This document shows positions 1 to 10,204 of a stretch of 64,000 nt of DNA, piece by piece. Each line of letters opens with the position of its first letter. The stretch's first letter is position 1. The notes beneath the pieces are model-generated. The model was not told the origin of the DNA, searched no databases, and was given only the letters and a program-made list of their open reading frames with translations. Made by a program: the position numbers and the translations under genes. The stretch spans positions 682,001 to 746,000 of the forward strand of contig NIVC01000073.1 of the NCBI GenBank assembly GCA_002269645.1, read 5' to 3'. The DNA is from Macrostomum lignano. Taxonomy: Eukaryota.

Positions 1-135
1 TACACGGCTAATCTGGCCGCGTTTCTCACCGTGAAACGAATGAAATCCCCTATTGAGAATGTTGAAGATCTGAGCAAACAGAATGAGATCATGTACGGCA
101 TTCTAGAGGGCGGGTCCACGTTTCACTTCTTTCAG
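1..135 (+). CDS. Ionotropic glutamate receptor (non-NMDA, kainate-like): M3/S2 exon, 5'-truncated by window
   Basis: Frame 1 reads [45 protein letters not shown] (SYTANLAAF gate motif, GGST ligand motif); donor CAG|GTGAGC at 135/136, phase 0. Confidence 0.95.
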
Positions 136-154
136 GTGAGCACGTTTTAGCGCC

Positions 155-1625
155 ACTGAACACCTACACTCTGGCGCCATAGACACCTATATTCAGGCGC
201 CATGCATAGACACCTATCACGCGCCATATGCACACACCTATATTCAGGCTCCATAGACACATCTATATTCTGGCGCCATAGACACCCAAAATTCTGGCGC
301 CATAGACAAACATATATTCAGACCCCATAGACACATCTATATTCTGGCGCCATAGACACCCAAAATTCTGGCGCCATAGACAAACATATATTCAGACCCC
401 ATAGACACCTATATTATGGCGCCATAGACACACGTATATTCTGGCGCCATAGACACCCAAAATTCTGGCGCCATAGACAAACATATATTCAGACCCCATA
501 GACACCTATATTCTGGCGTCATAGACACCTATATTCTGGCGCCATAGACATCTATATTCTGGCGCCATAGACACCCCTATATTCTGGCGCCATAGACACA
601 CCTATATTCTGACTCCATAGACACCTCTATATTCTGGCGCCATAGACACCTATATTCAGGCATCATAAGACACCTACAGTTGGGTTCGCGAGGAAAGGCT
701 CAATTCTCGTGAGATCGCGCGAGGGGTCTCGCTCGAATCTGTGTGTAACTCGTTTGCCATTGGCTGAGCCATTAAACTGGGGAAGGCTAAATTTGAGCGT
801 TGTTTGAGGTGGCTTGTTTGGAGAGGTTTAACCGCTTATTCGGTGTCCACCTTGACATTTTCTCCCAGTAGTTTAATGGCAACCCCTATCGTGTTGAGAC
901 ATTTTCCCCATCAATTCCCCATCCTGATACGAACTAGCAGGAATTTCACGTAGCTTGCAAATAAGTTGGACATCGTCTGACGGACAAGCAACGTATTGAT
1001 CGACATCCTGTCAAAGTTGGAGATTTTCTAAATCTAGCAAATTTCTGTATAGCTTGTACGAGACCTGATTCCCTCGTTTCCTCATTTCGCACACTATGCA
1101 CCAACCCCTATCCCAGGGGGTCTTCTCTCTCGATTCAGCCTCCAATCTCAATAAACGCTCAGCCAATGGCGAAAGAGTTACACACAGATTCTCTCGAATC
1201 TTGCAAATCTCTCGAGACTCGATTCTTTCCTCGCGAACCCAACTGTAAATTCTGGCGCCATAGACACCTTATATATTCTGGCGCCATAGACACCTTATAT
1301 ATTCTGGCGCCATAGACACCTTATATATTCTGGCGCCATAGACACCTTATATATTCTGGCGCCATAGACACCTTATACATTCTGGCGCCATAGACACCTT
1401 ATACATTCTGGCGCCATAGACACCTTATACATTCTGGCGCCATAGACACCTTATACATTCTGGCGCCATAGACACCTTATACATTCTGGCGCCATAGACA
1501 CCTTATACTTTCTGGCGCCATAGACACCTTATACATTCTGGCGCCATAGACACCTTATACTTTCTGGCGCCACAGACACCTTATACATTCTGGCGCCATA
1601 GACACCTTATACATTCTGGCGCCTC
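155..1625. repeat. ~26-bp minisatellite (CTGGCGCCATAGACACC core) interrupted by a MITE
   Basis: Heterogeneous units 155-676, homogeneous 26-bp units 1250-1625. Confidence 0.9.
677..1245. mobile_element. MITE, Tc1/mariner-pogo-like termini
   Basis: ~100-bp imperfect TIRs beginning CAGTTGGGTTCGCGAGGAAAG at both ends, flanked by TA (675-676, 1246-1247); no ORF. Confidence 0.85.
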
Positions 1626-1724
1626 CAAAACCCAATAGAGCCTAAATATAGGTGCTTCCAATCTCTAAAGAAATTTGCCGCCTATCACATTCTTCCGCTC
1701 CTCCCCATTTATCCTTTTCTCCAG

Positions 1725-1950
1725 AAAGCCACCATACCAACCTACAAAAGCATGTTCGATTTTATGTCGTCGAACTCGGCCAAGTGCTTTGTTAAAAGCA
1801 CGCCCGAAGGCATCGAACGGGTGCTGAACGAGAATTACGCTTTTATACTGGAATCTACTTGGAATGAGTACTATACTCAACGGAATTGCAAGCTGATGCA
1901 GGTTGGCGGGCTGCTGGACTCCAAGGGCTACGGAATCGGAATGCCGGCAG
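1725..1950 (+). CDS. iGluR S2 exon
   Basis: Acceptor TTTTCTCCAG|, reads [14 protein letters not shown]...[38 protein letters not shown]; donor G|GTGAGA, phase 1. Confidence 0.95.
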
Positions 1951-1959
1951 GTGAGATTG

Positions 1960-3232
1960 AGAATGGAGTGTCCTTGTTCTAGGATGGGTGTCCTCTTCTA
2001 GAATGGGGTGTCCACTTCTAGGATGGGGTGTTCACTTCTGGGATGGGTGTCCTCTTCTAGAATGCGGTGTCCACTTCTAGGATGGGGTGTCCACTTCTAG
2101 GCTGGGGCACACTTGTAGGATGGGGTGTCCACTTGTAGGATGGGGTGTCCACTTCTAGAGAATGGGGTGTCCACTTGTAGGATGGGGTGTCTACTTCTAG
2201 GATGGGTGTCCACTTCTAGGACAGGGTGTCCGATTTTAGGACAAGGTGTCCACTTCAAGGATGGGGTGTCCGATTCTAGGATGGGGTGTCCGATTCTAGG
2301 ATGGGTGTCCCTTCTAGAATGGGGTGTCCACTTGTAGGATGGGGTGTCTACTAGGATGGGTGTCCACTTCTAGGATGGGTGTCCTCTTCTAGAATGGGGT
2401 GTCCTCTTCTAGAATGGGGTGTCCACTTCTAGGATGGGGTGTTCACTTCTGGGATGGGTGTCCTCTTCTAGAATGGGGTGTCCACTTGTAGGATGGGTGT
2501 CCTCTTCTAGGATGGGGTGTCCACTTGTAGGATGGGGTGTCCACTTGTAGGATGGGTGTCCTCTTCTAGAATGGGGTGTCCACTTGTAGGATGGGGTGTC
2601 TACTTCTAGGATGGGTGTCCACTTCTAGGATGGGTGTCCTCTTCTAGAACAGGGTGTCCGATTTTAGGACAGGGTGTCCACTTCAAGGATGGGGTGTCCG
2701 ATTCTAGGATGGGTGTCCCTTCTAGAATGGGGTGTCCACTTGTAGGATGGGGTGTCTACTTCTAGGATGGGTGTCCACTTCTAGGATGGGTGTCCTCTTC
2801 TAGAATGGAGTGTCCTCTTCTAGAATGGGGTGTCCACTTGTAGGATGGGGTGTCCACTTGTAGGATGGGTGTCCTCTTCTAGAATGGGGTGTCCACTTGT
2901 AGGATGGGGTGTCTACTAGGATGGGTGTCCACTTCTAGGATGGGTGTCCTCTTCTAGAATGGAGTGTCCTCTTCTAGAATGGGGTGTCCACTTGTAGGAT
3001 GGGGTGTCCACTTGTAGGATGGGTGTCCTCTTCTAGAATGGGGTGTCCACTTGTAGGATGGGTGTCCTCTTCTAGGATGGGGTGTCCACTTGTAGGATGG
3101 GGTGTCCGCTTCTAGAACAGGGTGACCGATTTTAGGACAGGGTGTCCACTTCAAGGATGGGGTGTCCACTTGTAGTATGGGGTGTCCACTTCAAGGATGG
3201 GGTGTCCGATTCTAGGATGGGTTGTCCACTTC
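1960..3232. repeat. ~20-bp minisatellite (GGATGGGGTGTCCACTTCTA)
   Basis: Tandem array filling most of iGluR intron 1951-3704. Confidence 0.9.
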
Positions 3233-3704
3233 TCGGATTGGGGTTTCTCTCCAGGATTTATGAAGTAGAATTTCTTGATTACTACTACCCCGGAAGTGGA
3301 ATAATAAGTGCTTCATGGAATATCGACTTCAAAAACAAAGGTTTTAACAAAGCTTATAAATTCCAAACAAAAAATGGAAGCTAAGATTGTTGTTTAAAAA
3401 GTCTTTGCTGTTTTGCGACAAAAAAATGAAGGATTTTTGGTGCATTAATATTTGCACTTCTTTCGTTAGTTTTCAGTTGTAGATCTGATTTGATTTTAAA
3501 TAGATGTACCAGTACATCGCTTTAATACCGACTTGAAGATTTATTTTTTTGTTAAGTTATTTAAAATGATTTCCAAACTGCGGGCCATTTTTTGCTTCTC
3601 TTTTTGTTTCTCAATTAGTAGATTAGCTAGAAAAAAAAGTTAAATAGACTAGCTAACCTACTGTTGTGAGTAGCCAGTAGCAAACAATGCTATGAAATTT
3701 ACAG

Positions 3705-3970
3705 GTTCACCGTATGTAGACGTATTCTCGGAGACCATACTGGAACTGCAGAAGAGTCAAGCCATTGAGAGCCTGCGACAGAAGTGGTGGCGCAAGTTCA
3801 ACATTAGCAAACCGTGCGACGACACGGACGGCCCATCTGGCAATCGACATCCAACTAACGCGCTGGGCCTCGAACAGATTGGCGGCGCGTTTATCATCCT
3901 GACGGCTGGCATGCTGCTGAGCGTACTCTGTGCCGGCATCGAGTTCTGCTTCAAGCACATCAAACACTCA
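3705..3970 (+). CDS. iGluR S2-end + M4 exon (cassette 1)
   Basis: Phase-1 acceptor ACAG|GT; GSPYVDVFSETILELQKSQAIESLRQKWW...C...LGLEQIGGAFIILTAGMLLSVLCAGIEF; donor TCA|GTAAGC, phase 0. Confidence 0.95.
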
Positions 3971-4094
3971 GTAAGCGTTGGGTGGGACAGCTGAAGCCGA
4001 GCCAAGCTCTATGGGGATTCGCCTAGTCTATAAATAGATTTATTACTACTCGTATCTGCTGACATGTCTTGTGTGTACAGTCCTTATCTCGCAT

Positions 4095-4806
4095 CCTTCC
4101 GATTCATATCTCCGACAATTCATATCTCCGACAGTTCATATCTCCGACACTTCATATCTCCGACAATTCATATCTTCGACAATTCATATCTCCGACAATT
4201 CATATCTCCGACACTTCATATCTCCGACACTTCATGTCCCCGACAATTCATATCTCCGACACTTCATATCTCCGACAATTCATATCTCCGACACTTCATG
4301 TCCCCGACAATTCATATCTCCGACACTTCATATCTCCGACAATTCATATCTCCGACACTTCATATCTCCGACACTTCATATCTCCGACAATTCATATCTC
4401 CGACACTTCATATCTCCGACACTTCATATCCCCGACACTTCATATCTCCGACACTTCATATCTCCGACAATTCATATCTCCGACACTTCATGTCCCCGAC
4501 AATTCATATCTCCGACACTTCATATCTCCGACAATTCATATCTCCGACACTTCATATCTCCGACACTTCATATCTCCGACAATTCATATCTCCGACACTT
4601 CATATCTCCGACACTTCATATCTCCGACACTTCATATCTCCGACACTTCATATCTCCGACAATTCATATCTCCGACACTTCATATCTCCGACAATTCATA
4701 TCTCTGACACTTCATATCTCCGACACTTCATATCTCCGACAATTCATATCTCCGACACTTCATATCTCCGACACTTCATATCTCCGACAATTCATATCTC
4801 AGACAC
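4095..4806. repeat. 16-bp minisatellite (CATATCTCCGACACTT)
   Basis: Tandem array in intron 3971-5050; source of three artefactual ORFs. Confidence 0.9.
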
Positions 4807-5050
4807 TGATTGGCTAGCTGAAGGTTTTGCTCATATTTTTTAACCGCGTCTTTGTCTTACACTCCTTTTTGGAGGTACAGAGATAGAGCTACGGCCTGTC
4901 CTCTGCCTCTAATCAACTCCAAAACTCTTGCTCAGGCGCACTGGGTCGCCTAGGGTGGTGGTTTCACGGTTCCCCTTCCGATTTCAAATATACTGCTGCA
5001 TGTAAACTACTTCCTGTAGAAATATACCGTTAAACACCCCCTTTTCTCAG

Positions 5051-5407
5051 CCCGGCTCGCTCTGCGCCAACATGTGGGAGGAGCTGAAATTTGCTGTCCA
5101 ATGCTGTGTCTCCAGCAAGCGGCGCGCCTCACGTGACCTCTATCAGGCGGCCTACGCGGACGAACAGCCGCAGCTGGCGCAGCAGCCGCTGCAGGCCGGA
5201 CGACCAGCAGACGGCGCTTCCGCTGTTGCAGCCCTCGTCGACGCGCAGTCGGCCTCTTATTCCCTCGGCCAGCTGTCCAGACCGGACACTCTGCTGTCTG
5301 CTCAGCTGGCCAGTGCCAGCTCTTTCGGACACCGTCAGCAGCAGCAGCAGCAGCAGCATCAACGACCACCGAAGTATAACGATTGCGTACCTTCTACGCA
5401 GCTGTGA
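5051..5407 (+). CDS. iGluR C-terminal tail exon (cassette 1)
   Basis: Acceptor CTTTTCTCAG|, in frame PGSLCANMWEELKFAVQC... (similar to the GluK2 SFCSAMVEELRMSLKC segment), ends CVPSTQL-stop. Confidence 0.85.
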   Translation, partial: PGSLCANMWEELKFAVQCCVSSKRRASRDLYQAAYADEQPQLAQQPLQAGRPADGASAVAALVDAQSASYSLGQLSRPDTLLSAQLASASSFGHRQQQQQQQHQRPPKYNDCVPSTQL

Positions 5408-5703
5408 ATGTTTCCACACGAACTCATAACTAACAAAATTTGTGACTCAGCGTTTTTAGTCTCTTAGTCTCGTCTTTTGTGGTTGTTTCTGTTTTGTTGT
5501 ATAGCCTTATTTACTGTGTGTAATGAAGTCAATTCGCTTATTCTGGAGTAAACTCAGTTGAGGCAAAACCCTCCACGCTCTGTATATTTTATAGGCCAAG
5601 GGGCACGGTGGCCCGCGCATGTACATTACCGTACGTACTGCTAGCTAGGCTTACTAAACAAGCTCCACCCCTACCACGCGGTCCCACCCCATAAGTCATG
5701 ACA

Positions 5704-5716
5704 CTTTTCCCCTCTC
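5704..5716 (-). promoter_or_regulatory. Polypurine tract
   Basis: GAGAGGGGAAAAG abutting the 3' LTR. Confidence 0.85.
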
Positions 5717-5735
5717 AGAAGAAGTCCGCTTCCTA

Positions 5736-6915
5736 TCAATCACAGCTCCCGAGTTTCGAGTAGGTCAGCTTCTCAGGTGGCCGTCGCCGGCGTGCAGGCT
5801 GCAGTCCGCAGGGCGCGTCTGGCGGCTCCGGCTCCGGGTGCTCCGCGCCGGTCCCGGTCGAGTCCGCAGCTTCAGCTGGCTCGGTCCCGGCTGCCGGACC
5901 GTCAGGTTGGTCGCTCTCGACTCGCCGGCCCCGCAGTTGGTCGGCATGACGGCGCCAGGTCAGGCCGTCGCTCGTTTCGACTCGGAAGCTCAGCGGCCCA
6001 GTCTGCTCGAGAACTTTTGCTGGTTGCCAGGCCGCCGCATTAGGCCGGTAGTCCCTGGCCTAGGCCTCCGACCACGGCTCCTCCGGCAGCTCCCGCGACC
6101 GCCGGTCGTGCTGTCGTTTCTGGGCAGATTGCTCCCGCAGTACTCGATCCCGGGCTGACGGCCGCAGCAGGTCCATTCGAGTCCGGAGCTGCCGCTTCAG
6201 AAAGAGCTCCGCTGGTGTCCGACCGGTCGTTGGGTGCGGGCTAGCTCGGTAGCCCAGCAGCCAGTTGCACAGGCGGATGTCGAGGTCCGGCTGACTGCTC
6301 CGTGACGCCTCCATGGCCATCTTGAACGACTTCACCAGCCGTTCCACCAGTCCGTTGGTCTTGGCGTGATATGGACTGCTTCTTGTGTGGCGAATTCCAT
6401 TTGCTTTGCAGAAATCGCTAAATCCTTGACTGATGAATGCTGGACCGTTGTCCGATACCAGTTCTCTCGGCAGGCCCCATTGTGCAAACAACACTCGCAG
6501 CTTGCGAACCAGCTCGGCCGATTCGAGTGTTGACACGGCCTCCACATGCGGCCACTTTGAGTGCGCGTCGACTACGAGGAGAAACTGGCGGCCTCGAACC
6601 GGCCCGGCAAAGTCAACGTGGATGCGGTCCCAGGGCTGGTCTGGCCACACCCAGGGGTGCAGTGGAGCCAGCACCGGATGCAGCTTAACGGATTGGCAGG
6701 CTTGGCAGCTGCTGGCAACCGACTCGATGTCAGAATCCATTCCTGGCCACCAGACGAAGGTTCTGGCGACACTTTTCATCCGGGCCATGCCGAAATGTTC
6801 CACGTGTAACTCGCGCAGAACTCCAGGTCGCAACGCTTCCGGAACCAGCACGCGAGTTCCCCAGATCACGCAGCCGTCTTCCACGCTTAGTTCTAGTCGA
6901 CGACGAAAGTAGGGC
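5736..6915 (-). CDS. Integrase (one frameshift at its 5' side, in-frame TAG at 6060-6062)
   Basis: HVEH..CQAC zinc finger, RIHVDFAG, SDNG, NGLVER; continues after the TAG as ARDYR..W..V..GPLSFRV..WRRHADQLR to TGA at 5736. Confidence 0.9.
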
Positions 6916-8401
6916 TCGAGCCCCGGGGAACCGACTCTGGCCAGCCAGTCATTATCATCCGGAGAACATCTCGGAGCTCGTCATCTCGCTTCGTTGCTGC
7001 CGCTACATCCGCCGCCGTCAATGGAAACTCGCCCGTCAGCTGACAGACCCGATCGTCGTCGTCTGGGCTGTCGTCCTTCATCTGCAGGGGCAGGCGAGAC
7101 AGGCCGTCTGCGTTGCTGTGCTGAGCAGTCTTGCGGAACCGGATGCTGTAGCTGTACCCTGACAGCAGCAGTGCCCATCTCTGAAGTCGCCCTGCTGCAG
7201 TCGGCGAGATGCCAACCTTCGGTCCGAAAATCGTCGTCAACGGCTGATGATCCGTAATTATCGTGAAGCTCCGGCCGAACAGGTACTGGTGGAACCGCTT
7301 GATGGCGAACACGATGGCGAGGGCTTCTTTCTCAATTTGTGAGTAATTTCGCTCCGCTGCTGACAGCGTCCTTGAAGCAAAAGTCACCGGCCGTTCCGAG
7401 CCGTCCTCCATCGTGTGGGACAGCACCGCGCCGATGCCGACCGATGAAGCATCCGCGGCCACCACCACTGGAAGCTGCTCGTTGAAATGCGTCAGCACGC
7501 TGTCCGAACTCAGTTCTTGCTTAAGATGGTCCCAGGCTCGGTCCTCCGTCTCAGCCCACCGCCAGTCCGTCTCCTTCCTCAAAAGTTTATACAGAGGAGC
7601 AGCGATCGTGGAGAAGTCCTTGACATGTCGAGCATAGTAGTTTGCGAGGCCCAAGAATGATCGCAGCTCTGATACTGTCGCTGGCCTCGGGCTGTTGACT
7701 ATTGCTTCCACCTTCTGAGGCAGCTTCTTGACTCCGTCCTTGCTCAGCAACGAGCCCAGGTATTCGACTTCTTCTTGCAGAAATTTGCACTTGATTCGCT
7801 TCAGCCGCAGGCCCGCCGCTCTCAGCCTGGTCAGTACCTCGCGAAGCGCTGCTAGGTGCTCACTCATTGACGGACCGGACACCAGGATGTCATCAATGCG
7901 GCAACAGACTCCCGGCACGCCCTTCAAAAGTGTTTCCATCAGCCTCTGGCAAATCGCAGGAGCCGAACTGACGCCAAATGGCAACCGGAGGTACTCGAAA
8001 AGCCCTTTATGTGTGTTGATGGTCGTCAGCTTGCAGCTCTCTTCGTCGAGTGGAAACTGAAGATAACATTGTGACAGATCGAGTTTTGAGAACAGCTGAC
8101 CCCGTCCCATCTGCTCGTAAAGCTCTTCAGGCGTAGGCAGCGGGTACTGGTCGATGTGGAGCTGAGGGTTCAACGTCAGTTTATAGTCGCCGCACAGTCG
8201 GACTGAGCCGTCCGCCTTGAGTACCGGAACCACTGGCGTAGCCCACTCGCTGTAGGTCACCGGGCGGATGATGCCTTTGTTGAGCATGTCCTGGAGCTCG
8301 AGCTCAAGCTTGTCCCGCACTGCGAATGGCACGGGTCTGGCCTTGCAGAATCGAGGCTGTGCGTCACTTTTAAGTCTCAGTGCGACTGTCTGATCCTTCA
8401 A
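6893..8401 (-). CDS. Reverse transcriptase + RNase H
   Basis: WATPVVPVLK, RLCGDYK, LPFGVSSAP, RIDDIL, DASSVGIG, YSQIEKE, TDHQPL, NADGLSRL. Confidence 0.95.
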   Translation of the reverse strand: MKDQTVALRLKSDAQPRFCKARPVPFAVRDKLELELQDMLNKGIIRPVTYSEWATPVVPVLKADGSVRLCGDYKLTLNPQLHIDQYPLPTPEELYEQMGRGQLFSKLDLSQCYLQFPLDEESCKLTTINTHKGLFEYLRLPFGVSSAPAICQRLMETLLKGVPGVCCRIDDILVSGPSMSEHLAALREVLTRLRAAGLRLKRIKCKFLQEEVEYLGSLLSKDGVKKLPQKVEAIVNSPRPATVSELRSFLGLANYYARHVKDFSTIAAPLYKLLRKETDWRWAETEDRAWDHLKQELSSDSVLTHFNEQLPVVVAADASSVGIGAVLSHTMEDGSERPVTFASRTLSAAERNYSQIEKEALAIVFAIKRFHQYLFGRSFTIITDHQPLTTIFGPKVGISPTAAGRLQRWALLLSGYSYSIRFRKTAQHSNADGLSRLPLQMKDDSPDDDDRVCQLTGEFPLTAADVAAATKRDDELRDVLRMIMTGWPESVPRGSSPTFVVD

Positions 8402-9612
8402 CTGCCCAGGCTCTCGTCGAAAACATCAGCGAACTCCTCCAGCATCTGGTCGAGAGGCCCGCTGTTCTGCGCCGGCGCCTGGCTGATCTGGTTGGCAAAC
8501 AACCGAGTCCAGTTGAGTCGCACTTTTTCCAGCCAATTGCGTCCTAGCAATGGGCAGGCTCCGGTCTGACTGGTGACCACCAGCGGCAGCTTATCATGCT
8601 GTCTTCCGTCGTAGTTGACCCTGACCTCGGCTGTTCCCTTGACTTGTATTGGCTCGCCCGTCCAGGTCCGGAGTCGCAGGCGTGTTGGTGTCAGCGGAGG
8701 TCGTCCGAGCTGCTTCCACACCGACTCCGGTACGAGGCTGACGCAGGCACCGGTGTCCAGCTGCATGGTGAGGGGCTGGTCATTCACCAGCAGGCTTACG
8801 CTGATCTTCTTGGCCGATGCAGTGACTTGCGAAATCCAGCCAGTTGCTGCTTCCTCCTCCTCTTCCGTTTGCATTGCGCGCGCTGGTCCGTTCTCTGGCC
8901 GTCCGGCTTTCGTTGTGCTGGAGGCTTTCTTGGCTGAGCGGCAAACTTTCTGCAGGTGTCCAACTTTCCCGCAGTTGTGGCACTTTGCGGTCCTGAAGTG
9001 GCAGGCTGCCGACAGGTGGCCTTTCAATCCGCACCTGTAGCACGCCTTAGAGTCTGGCGCTACCTGCTGGACTGAGCTGACCTCTGAGCTCGATTTCCAC
9101 TGCTCAGTTTCCGACTTAGCAATCTCCGCCGCGAGGGCAATTTTCTTGGCCGTATCCAGCGTGAGCTTCTCCTCCATCAGGAGTCGCTGCTGTGTCCGCT
9201 GGTCCCGAAGACCACAAACGAAACAGTCTCGGAGAGCTTCTTCTCGAAACCCCCCGAACTCGCACGAATCGGCCAGATTCCGCAGCGCAGCCAGAAATTG
9301 AGCAGCCGTCTCTCCGTCCTTTTGTGCTCGCTTGTAGAACTTGAACCGTTCAGCGATTACTGGCTTCTTCGGTTTGAAGTACTTTTGAAGGTGCTCGGTG
9401 AGGGCGCTGTATTGCAGATCTGTTGGCTTGGTCGGACTGCAGAGATCCCGCAGGACTGCGTAGCATCGTTCGCCAATCAATGTCAGAAACACTGCCTTCT
9501 TCTTGTCGTCGCCTTCTATGCCGTTTGCAAGCATGTAAGAGTCCATTCGCTCTTGATAGGCGTCCCAATCTTTGCCTTCCTCGTAAGGCTCTAGTTGTCC
9601 AACTGAAGCCAT
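8398..9612 (-). CDS. Gag (two CCHC knuckles) + aspartic protease
   Basis: CYRCGLKGHLSAAC and CHNCGKVGHLQKVC; LDTGA; ATG at 9612 inside the PBS. Confidence 0.92.
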   Translation of the reverse strand: MASVGQLEPYEEGKDWDAYQERMDSYMLANGIEGDDKKKAVFLTLIGERCYAVLRDLCSPTKPTDLQYSALTEHLQKYFKPKKPVIAERFKFYKRAQKDGETAAQFLAALRNLADSCEFGGFREEALRDCFVCGLRDQRTQQRLLMEEKLTLDTAKKIALAAEIAKSETEQWKSSSEVSSVQQVAPDSKACYRCGLKGHLSAACHFRTAKCHNCGKVGHLQKVCRSAKKASSTTKAGRPENGPARAMQTEEEEEAATGWISQVTASAKKISVSLLVNDQPLTMQLDTGACVSLVPESVWKQLGRPPLTPTRLRLRTWTGEPIQVKGTAEVRVNYDGRQHDKLPLVVTSQTGACPLLGRNWLEKVRLNWTRLFANQISQAPAQNSGPLDQMLEEFADVFDESLGS

Positions 9613-9623
9613 CCTCGTCGCCA
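9609..9623 (-). promoter_or_regulatory. Primer-binding site (tRNA-Ser GCU type)
   Basis: TGGCGACGAGGATGG two nt inside the 5' LTR; complementary to the 3' end (...CCATCCTCGTCGCCA) of eukaryotic tRNA-Ser(GCU) as I recall it. Confidence 0.8.
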
Positions 9624-10204
9624 ATTGTAATGAAGTCAATTCGCTTATTCTGGAGTAAACTCAGTTGAGGCAAAACCCTCCACGCTCTGTATATTTTATA
9701 GGCCAAGGGGCACGGTGGCCCGCGCATGTACATTACCGTACGTACTGCTAGCTAGGCTTACTAAACAAGCTCCACCCCTACCACGCGGTCCCACCCCATA
9801 AGTCATGACACTGTGGAATCTGTAAAATATATTGCAAGTTTTTTTGGGTACGTTACTTACTAACACTTATGTTGCATATAATGCTGCAAGGCATTTTAGT
9901 GTCTATAAAGTTTTTCCTGTTTGCATTCTTATTTCTATCATTTCCTAACATTCGGTTTGTTTCTTGCACGATATACAAGAGAAATTTAAGAAAGTGCTTT
10001 TGTTTTAACAAAATTATATGCATGAAATGCACTTTAGAAGTATACTCGTGGCTAGAATTCTAAATGAAAATTTATTACAATGACCAAAAAATAATTTGGG
10101 GAAATTCTGTAAGGAGACTGCAGATGTACTTCTAGATTCGATGATATTGAAATAGTATAGGGCTGTTTGACCCGGTGACAGGATAGGCTGTATGTAGCCT
10201 CGAT

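Larger units (their letters stand above)
5519..9810 (-). mobile_element. Full-length Ty3/gypsy LTR retrotransposon, Mag-like (4292 bp)
   Basis: TG..CA LTRs 5519-5703 and 9626-9810 (185 bp, identical by eye); 5-bp TSD CTGTG (5514-5518, 9811-9815); PBS and PPT present; gag-PR-RT-RH-IN order. Confidence 0.97.

Noticed and set aside
6060-6062. Programmed stop read-through in integrase
   Set aside because: The TAG GCC context is not a known leaky signal; a TGG>TAG mutation or error is more likely.
8395-8410. Programmed gag-pol frameshift
   Set aside because: The break is after the protease, has no slippery heptamer, and a second identical-type break exists at ~6920; a single-base loss is simpler.
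5765-9733. Small overlapping ORFs within the gypsy element (env-like or antisense genes)
   Set aside because: GC-rich shadow frames of gag-pol; no room or motif for an extra gene.
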